Below are positions 51,314-59,986 of a stretch of DNA of 64,000 bases, piece after piece (the first letter of the stretch is position 1; each line of letters opens with the position of its first letter). The notes beneath the pieces were generated by a model. That model was not told where the DNA came from, searched no databases, and saw only the letters and a list, made by a program, of their open reading frames with translations. This stretch comes from Candidatus Segetimicrobium genomatis (GTDB taxonomy: Bacteria > Sysuimicrobiota > Sysuimicrobiia > Sysuimicrobiales > Kaftiobacteriaceae): assembly GCA_005888595.1 (NCBI GenBank), contig VBAL01000112.1:24353-88352 (forward strand), given 5' to 3'. The position numbers and the translations under genes were made by a program.

Positions 51314-53707
51314 GTGATTCCCCGCCTCCGGCGTGCGGCGGTGTTAGGCGCCGGCGTCATGGGCAGCGCCATCGCCGCCCACCTCGCCAACGCGGGTATC
51401 CCAGTCCTGCTGCTCGACGTGCGGCCATCCGAGCTGCTCGACGAGGAACGGGGCCGGAGCCTGACGCTTGAGCACCCGCAGGTCCGCAACCGGCTCGCCG
51501 CTACGGGCACGCAGCGGGCGCTGCATTCGCAGCCGGCGGCGTTCTTCATCCCAGCGCGGGCCCAACTGGTCGAGATCGGGAACTTCGACGACCACCTCCT
51601 CAAGATCGCCGAGGCGGACTGGGTCATCGAGGCCGTCGTCGAAGACCTGCCAATCAAGCAGCAGCTGCTCGCGCGCGTGGAGCGGCATTGGAAGCCGGGC
51701 ACCGTCATTAGCACCAACACGTCGGGTCTGCCGGTGCATCAGATCTCGGCTGGGCGCTCGGACGCATTTCGACGCCACTTTCTCGGGGCGCATTTCTTCA
51801 ACCCGCCGCGTTATTTGAAGCTGCTGGAGCTCATCCCGCTGGCCGGCACCGACCCCGAGATCGTCGCCACGGTCGGTCACTGGGGCGACCGGCTGTTGGG
51901 CAAGGGCATCGTCTTTGCACACGACCGGCCGAACTTCATCGCCAACCGAATCGGCTCATTTGGATTTCGCAAAGCCGTGCAGCTGATGCTGGATTTGGGT
52001 CTCTCCGTGGAAGAGGTCGACGAACTGACGGGACCGGTGCTGGGCCGACCCCGCAGCGCAACGTTCCGCACTACCGACCTGGTCGGACTGGACACCGTCA
52101 TCCACGTCTCAGAAAATGCGTACCGCAACCTGCCCGACGACGAGGAGCGCGACGTGTTTGTCGTGCCTCCGCTGTTCCGGGAGATGGCCGCTCGAGGCTG
52201 GCTCGGCGAAAAAACCGGCGCCGGCTTCTACAAGCGCGTCGACGGAGAGATCTACACCCTGGACTATTCGGCGATGGAGTACCGACCCCGGCGGAAGGTC
52301 ACGCTGCCTGTGATAGAGACGGCACAGGTCATCGCAGATCCTGCGAAGCGCCTGCGAGCGCTGGTCAGCGATTCCAGTCCTGCCGGCGAGTTCGTCTGGC
52401 GGCTGCTCAGCAGCGTGCTGGTCTATGCGGCCAGGCGCGTCCCCGAGATCGCCGACGACATCGTGAACGTCGACCGCGCGATGCGCTGGGGCTATGCGTG
52501 GGACCTCGGGCCGTTTGAGACCTGGGATCTGTTGGGCCTTACGGAAACGGCGAAACGGCTGGAGGCGGAAGATCGGGCGCTGCCGCCGCCGGTACGCGCG
52601 GTGCTGGAGCGCGGCGAGAAGACATTCTATCGCTCGGCGGACGGACAGCGTCAGTATTTCGATCTCGCCGCAGCGGGATATCGCCCGGCCGGAGAACCGG
52701 CTGGGGTCTTGGTGCTGTCCACCATCAAATCGCAGAGCCGCGTGGTCGCCGCCAACCCCGGAGCCAGCCTGATCGATCTGGCTGATGGGATCGCCTGCCT
52801 GGAGTTCCACTCCAAGCTCAACACGATTGGAGAAGACACCATCCAGATGATGGCCCTGAGCGTGGAAGAACTCCAGCGCAACTTTGATGGCCTGGTGATC
52901 GGCAATCAGGCCCGGGACTTTTCTGCCGGCGCCAACCTGATGCTGATTTTGCTCGAGGCGCAGGAAGGGAACTGGGAAGAGTTGGACCTTGCCCTGCGGC
53001 AATTCCAGCGCGCCAACGCCGCCCTGCGCTACAGCCCGAGGCCGGTCGTGGCCGCACCGTTCGGCCGGACGCTTGGTGGAGGATGCGAGATCTGCCTAGC
53101 CTCTTCGCGTATTCACGCCGCCGCGGAGACGTACATGGGGCTGGTGGAGACAGGCGCGGGCCTGATCCCGGCGGGCGGCGGCGCAGCAGAGATGGTACGC
53201 CGGACCACGGCCCGGCTGCCCGATGGAGTGGAGGCCGATCCGTTCCCGCTGGTCCGGTGGGCATTCGAGACGATCGCGACGGCCAGGGTGTCGACGTCCG
53301 CAGAGGAAGCCCGCGCGCTGGGGTTCCTGCGGGAGGGGGATGGCATTTCGATGAACAGCGATCGCTTGATCCAGGACGCAAAAGACTCTTGCCTGGCGCT
53401 GGTCCGGGCAGGATACCAGCCTCCGCTGCACCAGCCCATCCGCGTCGTCGGTGAGCGGGGGCTGCCTGCGATCGAAGCCTACCTGTACCTCACGCGGACC
53501 GCGGGATACATCTCAGACCACGATGCGTTTGTGGCCGGGAAGCTGGCCCACGTGATGTGCGGCGGGCGTGTGCCGTACGGGACGTCAGTCACCGAAGAGT
53601 ATCTGCACGAACTCGAACGCGAGGCCTTTCTCAGCCTGGCGGGGCAACCGAAAACGCAAGAACGGATGAGATACATTCTGCAGACGGGCAAACCACTGCG
53701 GAACTAA
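51314..53707 (+). CDS. fadN: 3-hydroxyacyl-CoA dehydrogenase / enoyl-CoA hydratase family protein (FadN-like)
   Basis: 797 aa. NAD-binding VLGAGVMGSAIAAHLA. HFFNPP. C-terminal crotonase-like region. Gene order fadN-fadA-fadE is as in B. subtilis. Confidence 0.88.
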   Translation: MIPRLRRAAVLGAGVMGSAIAAHLANAGIPVLLLDVRPSELLDEERGRSLTLEHPQVRNRLAATGTQRALHSQPAAFFIPARAQLVEIGNFDDHLLKIAEADWVIEAVVEDLPIKQQLLARVERHWKPGTVISTNTSGLPVHQISAGRSDAFRRHFLGAHFFNPPRYLKLLELIPLAGTDPEIVATVGHWGDRLLGKGIVFAHDRPNFIANRIGSFGFRKAVQLMLDLGLSVEEVDELTGPVLGRPRSATFRTTDLVGLDTVIHVSENAYRNLPDDEERDVFVVPPLFREMAARGWLGEKTGAGFYKRVDGEIYTLDYSAMEYRPRRKVTLPVIETAQVIADPAKRLRALVSDSSPAGEFVWRLLSSVLVYAARRVPEIADDIVNVDRAMRWGYAWDLGPFETWDLLGLTETAKRLEAEDRALPPPVRAVLERGEKTFYRSADGQRQYFDLAAAGYRPAGEPAGVLVLSTIKSQSRVVAANPGASLIDLADGIACLEFHSKLNTIGEDTIQMMALSVEELQRNFDGLVIGNQARDFSAGANLMLILLEAQEGNWEELDLALRQFQRANAALRYSPRPVVAAPFGRTLGGGCEICLASSRIHAAAETYMGLVETGAGLIPAGGGAAEMVRRTTARLPDGVEADPFPLVRWAFETIATARVSTSAEEARALGFLREGDGISMNSDRLIQDAKDSCLALVRAGYQPPLHQPIRVVGERGLPAIEAYLYLTRTAGYISDHDAFVAGKLAHVMCGGRVPYGTSVTEEYLHELEREAFLSLAGQPKTQERMRYILQTGKPLRN

Positions 53708-53711
53708 GAGC

Positions 53712-53759
53712 GGGACTGGGGACTGGGGACTGGAACAAAACGGTAGTAACTAGTCCAGG
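53712..53759. repeat. GGGACTG heptamer run with a short complementary arm
   Basis: gggactg gggactg gggactg g (53712-53733) ... ctagtccagg (53750-53759). Lies between fadN and fadA. Confidence 0.7.
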
Positions 53760-53770
53760 GAGAGACTCCA

Positions 53771-54952
53771 TTGAGAGAAGCTGTGATCGTTAGCGCGGTC
53801 CGGACTGCCGTCGGCAAAGCACCTCGCGGTACGCTGAAGGACACGCGGCCCGATGAGATGGCGGCGGCGGTCATTGCCGAAGCGGTGCGGCGCGTGCCTG
53901 GGCTGGATCCCCGTGAGGTCGAGGACGTGGTGCTCGGCTGCGCGTTGCCGGAGGCCGAGCAAGGTCTCAACGTGGCGCGGATCGCCGCCCTGCGGGCCGG
54001 GCTCCCGCACACCGTCTCCGGCCAGACCATCAACCGGTTCTGCTCATCCGGGCTGCAGGCCATCGCCATCGCGGCCGAGCACATCATGAGCGGGTTCGCG
54101 GACGTGATCGTCGCTGGTGGAACCGAGAGCATGAGCCTGCTGCCGGGACAAGCCGGACACCAGTTCCGGCCTAATCCGGATCTGGTCGCTCACTGGCCGG
54201 AGGTGTACATCTCGATGGGTCTCACCGCCGAAAACGTGGCCCGTAAATACGGCGTCTCGCGCGAGGACCAGGACGGGTTCGCGTACCGCAGCCATCGTCG
54301 CGCGGCGGAGGCCATCGGGCGCGGAAAATTTGCCGATGAGACCATGCCCCTTATGGTGAAACGCTGGGAGCACAACGGAGGCAACGGGCCCAAGGCCAGC
54401 GAGGTGGTGTTTTCGATCGATGAGGGGGTGCGCTACGACACATCCCTGGAGTCGCTGGCGAGCTTGAAGCCGGCCTTCGCCAAGGGCGGGGCCGTCACCG
54501 CGGGCAACTCGTCCCAAACAAGCGATGGCGCTGCCGCCGTCGTGGTCATGTCGGGGGAAAAAGCGGGGCGGTTGAAGGCGCAGCCGCTGGCGGTCTTCCG
54601 TTCGTTCGCCACGGCCGGCGTGCCGCCCGAGATCATGGGAATCGGACCTGTGGAAGCCGTCCCCAAGGCCGCGCGGCTGGCGGGGCTGACGCTTTCCAAG
54701 ATCGATCTCATCGAACTGAACGAGGCGTTCGCAGCCCAGACGCTTGCGGTGATGCGGCAACTGGACCTCAACCCTGAGATCGTCAACGTCAATGGCGGAG
54801 CCATCGCACTCGGCCACCCTCTGGGATGTACCGGTGCAAAGCTCACCGCCACCCTGCTGCACGAGATGCGCCGCCGCAACGCCCGCTACGGACTGGTCAC
54901 AATGTGTGTCGGCGGCGGCATGGGTGCGGCGGGCGTCTTTGAACGGGCGTAG
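53771..54952 (+). CDS. fadA: Acetyl-CoA C-acyltransferase (thiolase)
   Basis: [14 protein letters not shown]. Active-site Cys in [35 protein letters not shown]. Confidence 0.93.
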   Translation: MREAVIVSAVRTAVGKAPRGTLKDTRPDEMAAAVIAEAVRRVPGLDPREVEDVVLGCALPEAEQGLNVARIAALRAGLPHTVSGQTINRFCSSGLQAIAIAAEHIMSGFADVIVAGGTESMSLLPGQAGHQFRPNPDLVAHWPEVYISMGLTAENVARKYGVSREDQDGFAYRSHRRAAEAIGRGKFADETMPLMVKRWEHNGGNGPKASEVVFSIDEGVRYDTSLESLASLKPAFAKGGAVTAGNSSQTSDGAAAVVVMSGEKAGRLKAQPLAVFRSFATAGVPPEIMGIGPVEAVPKAARLAGLTLSKIDLIELNEAFAAQTLAVMRQLDLNPEIVNVNGGAIALGHPLGCTGAKLTATLLHEMRRRNARYGLVTMCVGGGMGAAGVFERA

Positions 54953-54958
54953 GGTATT

Positions 54959-55137
54959 GTCATTGCGAGCCCGTAAGGCCGAAGCAATCTCCCCTGTTGC
55001 GAGGCCCTGCAGGGGCCGAAGCAATCTCCTTTCCAGAGGAGATCGCTTCGCTCCGCTCGCGATGACAGAATGGGGCAGAGATCGCCACGGCCCTTCGGGC
55101 CTCGCGATGACAGACGGGTCCGACCGCTCGCAATGAC
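54959..55137. repeat. Composite palindromic element, expanded copy 3 (about 2.5 units)
   Basis: It fills the fadA-fadE spacer with units gtcattgcgag..gaagcaatctcc (x2), gagatcgc..ctcgcgatgacag (x2) and a terminal ctcgcaatgac. Spurious ORFs here read ...LLRPYGLAMT / ..RERSEAISS. Confidence 0.85.
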
Positions 55138-55159
55138 GGAAGAAGAATCAGGAGCCCAA

Positions 55160-56935
55160 GTGAACGATAAGGAAGTCGCAGCACCGGTCGCAGGCGGCAG
55201 CTTCCTCATCCGCGAGACGAACCCGGGCGATACGTTCACACCGGAAACGTTTACTGAAGAGCACCGCTTAATCGTTCAGACGGCGCGCGACTTCGCGGAG
55301 CGGGAAATCGTCCCGCACCTCGACAGGATCGAACAGAAGGACTGGGCCCTCACCCGGCAGCTCATCCGCCGACTGGGCGAGCTTGGCTTCCTGGGCGCCG
55401 GCGTGCCCGCCGCCTATGGCGGCTCCGAGCTGGACATGATCACGTCGCTCATCGTGGCCGAGGAACTGGCCGTCGGATCGTTCAGCGTCTCGTTCGGCGC
55501 GCATGTCGGCATCGGGATGGAACCGATCGTGTTCTTCGGCACCGAGGCACAGCGCCGGCAGTACCTGCCGCCCATGGTGCGCGGCGAGCTGATCGGCGCG
55601 TATGCGCTCACCGAGCCCACGGCCGGATCGGACGCGATGGCGATCCGGACCAAGGCGACGCGTTCGCCGGATGGCGGCCACTATCTGCTCACGGGGGCGA
55701 AGCAGTTCATCTCGAACGCCTCCTTCGCCGATCTGTTCAACGTCTTCGCCAAGGTCGACGGGGATCAGCATACCTGCTTCCTGGTGGAGCGGACGACGCC
55801 GGGCGTGTCCGTGGGCGAAGAAGAGCACAAGATGGGCATCCGCGGCTCCTCGACGGCGTCGGTCTTCCTGGAGAACGCCAGGGTGCCGGTCGAGAACGTC
55901 CTCGGAGAGATCGGGCAGGGTTTCAAGGTGGCCGTCAACATCCTGAACATGGGACGGTTCCGGCTGGCCGCCGGATGCGTGGGCGCCTCGAAACAGATGC
56001 TGCATCAAGCCATCGCGTATGCGAGCGAACGGCAGCAGTTCGGCCGGGCACTGGCCGAGTTCGGGCTCATCAAGCACAAACTATCGGAGATGGCGGTGCG
56101 GGTGTATGTGGCGGAAAGCATGGTGTACCGCACCGGCGGGCTGGTCGAAGGCGCGCTGCATGGAATCCATGGCGACCCGAATGAGGCGATGCGGGCGCTC
56201 GAAGAGTACGCGATCGAGTGCGCCGTCAACAAAGTGTTTGCGTCGGAAGTACTCGACTATGTCGCCGACGAAGCCGTGCAGGTCTACGGTGGGTATGGCT
56301 TTATCGAGGACTACCCCGCGGCGCGCGCGTATCGCGACAGCCGCATCAATCGCCTGTTCGAGGGCACGAACGAGATCAACCGGTTGCTGGTCACCGGCAT
56401 GCTGCTGCGCCGCGCCCAGCGCGGCCGGCTGCCGCTGCTCCCCGCAGCGCTGCGGGTCATCCAGGAGCTCACCGCACCGCCGTCGGGCGAGGAACCGCCG
56501 ACCGGCACCCTGGACGAGGAGCGGCGCCTGGTATCCATGGTGAAAAAAGTGGTGCTGTTCACCGCCGGCCTGGCCGTCCAGAAGTTCCTGGATGCCATTG
56601 AAGAACAGCAAGAGATTCTGGCGGGGATCGCCGACCTGGTCGTCGAGGCATTCGCCATGGAAAGCGCGCTGCTGCGCACGCTGCGGGCGGTGGAGCACGA
56701 TGGTCGCGAACACGCGGCGGTGAAGACGGCAATGGTTCAGAGTTACATGCACGACGCCGTTCCGCGGATCGACGCCACCGCCCGGACGGTCCTGGGGGCG
56801 GTTGAAGAAGGGGACGGGCTGCGCACGCAGCTGGCCGGACTGCGCCGCTTCCTACGCTACACGCCCAGGAACACCATCGCTCTGAGAAGGATGATTGCGG
56901 AGAGGCTGATACAACAAGGGAGATACACGAGCTAA
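55160..56935 (+). CDS. fadE: Acyl-CoA dehydrogenase (FadE-like, long form)
   Basis: The GTG at 55160 has GGAG 5 nt upstream and gives VNDKEVAAPVAGGSFLIRE. YALTEPTAGSD. A long C-terminal helical extension. The longest ORF (from 55070) begins inside the repeat element. Confidence 0.88.
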   Translation: MNDKEVAAPVAGGSFLIRETNPGDTFTPETFTEEHRLIVQTARDFAEREIVPHLDRIEQKDWALTRQLIRRLGELGFLGAGVPAAYGGSELDMITSLIVAEELAVGSFSVSFGAHVGIGMEPIVFFGTEAQRRQYLPPMVRGELIGAYALTEPTAGSDAMAIRTKATRSPDGGHYLLTGAKQFISNASFADLFNVFAKVDGDQHTCFLVERTTPGVSVGEEEHKMGIRGSSTASVFLENARVPVENVLGEIGQGFKVAVNILNMGRFRLAAGCVGASKQMLHQAIAYASERQQFGRALAEFGLIKHKLSEMAVRVYVAESMVYRTGGLVEGALHGIHGDPNEAMRALEEYAIECAVNKVFASEVLDYVADEAVQVYGGYGFIEDYPAARAYRDSRINRLFEGTNEINRLLVTGMLLRRAQRGRLPLLPAALRVIQELTAPPSGEEPPTGTLDEERRLVSMVKKVVLFTAGLAVQKFLDAIEEQQEILAGIADLVVEAFAMESALLRTLRAVEHDGREHAAVKTAMVQSYMHDAVPRIDATARTVLGAVEEGDGLRTQLAGLRRFLRYTPRNTIALRRMIAERLIQQGRYTS

Positions 56936-56940
56936 ACGCC

Positions 56941-56980
56941 GATCCTGGATCTAGGATCTAGGATCCAGCATCCAGGATCC
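56941..56980. repeat. Near-loopless palindrome of the GATCCTG heptamer family
   Basis: gatcctg gatctag gatctag gatccag catccag gatcc. Lies between fadE and the acyl-CoA ligase gene. Confidence 0.85.
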
Positions 56981-56986
56981 GTTGGA

Positions 56987-58672
56987 GTGACCTTGATGTC
57001 TGAAGTCGCCACCAACCGGCCGTGGCTTCGCTTCTACGAGCCCGGCGTGCCCCACACGCTGAGCTACCCGCGCGCCACCGTCCAATCACTGCTGGACGAT
57101 AGTGCGGCGCAATTCGGCGACAGGAGCGCCGCCGTGTTCTTCGGCGCCGCCCTTTCCTACCGCGCCCTGCGAATCCTGGTAGACCGCTTTGCCGGCGCGT
57201 TGCACCGGTTGGGCGTGCAACCGGGCGACCGCGTCTCGCTGCACCTGCCCAACTGCCCGCAGTTTCTCGTCGCCTATTATGGCGCGCTCCGGGCCGGCGC
57301 GGTCGTCGTGCCGTTCAACCCTCTCTACGTGGAACGGGAGATCGAACACCAGTTGATCGACAGCGGCGCGGACGTGGCGGTGACGCTCGATGTGATCTAT
57401 CCCCGGCTGGCCGACGCGCGGCCGCGAACCCGTCTGCGGGAGGTCATCGTCACCTCTATCAACGCGTACTTTCCCCCACTCTTGCGGTGGTTGTACCCAC
57501 TCCGGGCGTGGCGGGAGGGTCATCTCGTACGCGTGCCCCGCGGACGGGGGGTGCACCGGTTTAGTGACTTGCTCGACGCGGCCGTGCCTGCGCCACAGGT
57601 CGCCATCGAACCGGAGCGGACCGCGATGTTGCTCTACACCGGCGGCACGACCGGGATCCCCAAGGGGGCAATGCTCTCGCATCGCAACGTGGTCTGTAAT
57701 GTGCTCCAGGCGCGCGCCTGGTTTACCGGGCTGCGCCCGGGCCAAGACTCCACCCTGGCCGTGATTCCCTTCTTCCACTCCTATGGGATGACTGCGGCGA
57801 TGAATCTTTCCATCTCCGCGGGGGCGCGGCTGATTCTGTTGCCGCGGTTTCAGGTGGAGATCGTCCTGGGGGCGATCGCGAAATACCGGCCACAGCTCTT
57901 CCCCGGAGTGCCGACCCTCTACACCGCCATCATCTCGCATCCTCACGTGGCAGCGTACAGCCTCCGCTCCGGGATGGCATGCATCTCGGGCGCGGCCCCG
58001 CTGCCGGCGGAGGTACAAACGCGCTTTGAGCATCTCACCGGCGGGAAGCTGGTGGAAGGCTACGGCCTGACCGAAGCCTCTCCCGTCACCCACGCCAATC
58101 CGATCTCCGGACTCCGGAAGATCGGCAGCATCGGCGTTCCGTTTCCCGACACCGATGCGCGGATCATGGATGGCTCCGGCGGGCGGGTCCTACCGCCCGG
58201 AGAGGTGGGTGAACTTGTCATTCGCGGCCCGCAGGTGATGCAGGAGTACTGGAACCAGCCGGCGGAAACGGCACAGATACTCCGCGACGGCTGGCTTTTT
58301 ACCGGGGATCTCGCGAGGATGGACGCCGACGGCTTCTTCTACATCGTCGACCGAAAAAAGGAGATGATCATCACCGGCGGCCTCAACGTCTTCCCGCGAG
58401 AGGTGGAAGAAGTCCTCTACGCGCACCCCGGCGTACTGGAAGCGGCAGCCATCGGCGTGCGGGACCCTTACCGGGGCGAAGCGGTGAAAGCGTTCGTCGT
58501 GCTCCGAGAGGGGGCGCACGCCACCGCGGACGAGATCACTGAGCACTGCCGCCGGAATCTCGCGCCATACAAGGTACCCCGCGCGGTCGAATTCCGGACT
58601 CAGTTGCCCAAGTCCGTCGTGGGAAAGATCCTACGCCGCGTACTGATGGAAGAAGAACGTGGCAAATACTAG
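56987..58672 (+). CDS. Long-chain fatty acid-CoA ligase
   Basis: AMP-binding motif LLYTGGTTGIPKGAMLSH. GYGLTE. TGDLARMDADGFFYIVDRKK. The start may instead be the ATG at 56996. Confidence 0.9.
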   Translation: MTLMSEVATNRPWLRFYEPGVPHTLSYPRATVQSLLDDSAAQFGDRSAAVFFGAALSYRALRILVDRFAGALHRLGVQPGDRVSLHLPNCPQFLVAYYGALRAGAVVVPFNPLYVEREIEHQLIDSGADVAVTLDVIYPRLADARPRTRLREVIVTSINAYFPPLLRWLYPLRAWREGHLVRVPRGRGVHRFSDLLDAAVPAPQVAIEPERTAMLLYTGGTTGIPKGAMLSHRNVVCNVLQARAWFTGLRPGQDSTLAVIPFFHSYGMTAAMNLSISAGARLILLPRFQVEIVLGAIAKYRPQLFPGVPTLYTAIISHPHVAAYSLRSGMACISGAAPLPAEVQTRFEHLTGGKLVEGYGLTEASPVTHANPISGLRKIGSIGVPFPDTDARIMDGSGGRVLPPGEVGELVIRGPQVMQEYWNQPAETAQILRDGWLFTGDLARMDADGFFYIVDRKKEMIITGGLNVFPREVEEVLYAHPGVLEAAAIGVRDPYRGEAVKAFVVLREGAHATADEITEHCRRNLAPYKVPRAVEFRTQLPKSVVGKILRRVLMEEERGKY

Positions 58673-58800
58673 TCTACCCAGTCTTCCTAGTCTCCCCGGT
58701 CTTCCCAGTCTAATTGCATCTCGATCAATGTTGGGCCATTGGACCAAGAAGACTAAGGAGACCAGGTAGACCAAGTAGACCAGGTAGACCAAGTAGACCG
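58671..58800. repeat. Tandem 9-mer hairpin, AGTCTNCCN/AGACCARGT family, between convergent genes
   Basis: Left arm 58671-58710: agtctaccc agtcttcct agtctcccc ggtcttccc agtc, overlapping the TAG stop. Right arm 58741-58800: ggaccaaga agactaagg agaccaggt agaccaagt agaccaggt agaccaagt agaccg. Confidence 0.9.
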
Positions 58801-58804
58801 TTAG

Positions 58805-58954
58805 TTAGCGGCCGAGAAAAAGGAAAACCCCAGCCGCCAGCGCGATTACGCCCATTACAACATCGCGAGAAGAAAAAGAAATGTTTGTGACTGCCGTCAG
58901 ACCCGTGAGGACCAACCAAATAGCCAGTAGCAGATTCCCGAGTTTCATCCGCAT
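58805..58954 (-). CDS. Small hydrophobic protein (49 aa), not in the ORF track
   Basis: MRMKLGNLLLAIWLVLTGLTAVTNISFSSRDVVMGVIALAAGVFLFLGR*. Two predicted TM helices. Strong Shine-Dalgarno GGGGGTGAGGTG about 8 nt upstream. The listed ORF 58725..58964 is in a different frame and reads through the repeat. Confidence 0.5.
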   Translation of the reverse strand: MRMKLGNLLLAIWLVLTGLTAVTNISFSSRDVVMGVIALAAGVFLFLGR

Positions 58955-59022
58955 CACTGTTCACCTCACCCCCTCGGAGTTGTAGCGCATCCGCGACTGC
59001 CAGACCGCGCGACGGCGCCTGC

Positions 59023-59898
59023 TTAGCGGAACATTTCCAGGAGCGGCCGTACGTCGGTCTCTTGGAGCTCCTCAGGCCACATCGGCAGCCTGGCGTGGGC
59101 TTTCTTCTGGCGCGGGTTGCGATAGATGACGCCCAGCGGCAGCCGGCCCCGGCGGTCGAAGTCGTTCAGCAGGTCCCACGCGGCATTCGGGTCACCCGGA
59201 TTGTGGCCGGCGGGGATCTCTTCCACGTGGGCTTTGTACCAATCATAGGTGTTGAACTTGTTGTATGTCACGCACGGAGAGAAATCGTTCACCATCGCAA
59301 AGCCTTTGTGCTGCATCGCCTCGGCGTAGATGCCGGCCGCGTGCTTGGGATCGCCGCTGAATGATTGCGCCACGAGCGTCGCGCCGGCGGTCAGAGCCAG
59401 CCGCAGCGGAGAAAACGGGGGCGGCGATTCCTCCGACCACTCCTTGATGTCCATGCCGCGGCCGTGAGTCGGCGAGTGCTGTCCCTTGGTGAGGCCATAG
59501 ACCCCGTTGTCCATGATGACCAGCAGCACTTCAGGATCACGCCGGCAGACATGGACAAAGTTTTCCACCCCGATGGCGAAGGTGTCCCCGTCGCCGGCCA
59601 GCGTGATCACCTTCAACTGCGGGTTGGCCATCTTGGCGCCCAGCGCGTACGCCAGGGCCCCGCCGTGCGTGCCGTGGAACGCGTTCCCGTTGAGGTAGTT
59701 GCGGATCTGCCCGGAGCAGCCGATCCCGCCCACCATCAGGACCTCGTACGGGGTGATCTCCAGCTTGGTCAGCGCCATCTTCAGAGCGGCCAGCACTCCG
59801 AAGTCGCCGCACCCCGGACACCATTGAATGCGGTGGCGGGCGACGGCGTTTTCGTCCCAGACTTTTGCAGAAACCTTTTGGGGCTTAACCTCTGCCAA
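59023..59898 (-). CDS. korB: 2-oxoacid:ferredoxin oxidoreductase subunit beta
   Basis: WCPGCGDFGVLAAL. GGIGCSGQ. TPP-binding GDGDTFAIG. Confidence 0.9.
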   Translation of the reverse strand: MAEVKPQKVSAKVWDENAVARHRIQWCPGCGDFGVLAALKMALTKLEITPYEVLMVGGIGCSGQIRNYLNGNAFHGTHGGALAYALGAKMANPQLKVITLAGDGDTFAIGVENFVHVCRRDPEVLLVIMDNGVYGLTKGQHSPTHGRGMDIKEWSEESPPPFSPLRLALTAGATLVAQSFSGDPKHAAGIYAEAMQHKGFAMVNDFSPCVTYNKFNTYDWYKAHVEEIPAGHNPGDPNAAWDLLNDFDRRGRLPLGVIYRNPRQKKAHARLPMWPEELQETDVRPLLEMFR

Positions 59899-59917
59899 CT
59901 AACTCACCCCTACACTA

Positions 59918-59986
59918 CATTGTGGATTGAAAATTGTGAATTGAACTACCCGTTTGGCAAATTAACAATTCACAATTCCGCAATCG
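59918..59986. repeat. Tandem-heptamer hairpin, TGAATTG family, between korA and korB
   Basis: Left arm 59918-59943: cattgtg gattgaa aattgtg aattg. Right arm 59958-59986: caaatta acaattc acaattc cgcaatc g. It abuts the korA stop. Confidence 0.85.

Noticed and set aside
54886-55239. ORFs 54886..55239, 54960..55184 and 54792..55136 in the fadA-fadE spacer.
   Set aside because: They are encoded entirely by the composite palindromic repeat. Such peptides are known annotation artefacts.
58725-58964. 79-aa ORF listed on the minus strand.
   Set aside because: Most of it is a translation of the 9-mer repeat arm (..LLGLPGLLGLPGLLSLLG..). A different frame with a strong Shine-Dalgarno sequence gives a credible 49-aa membrane protein instead.
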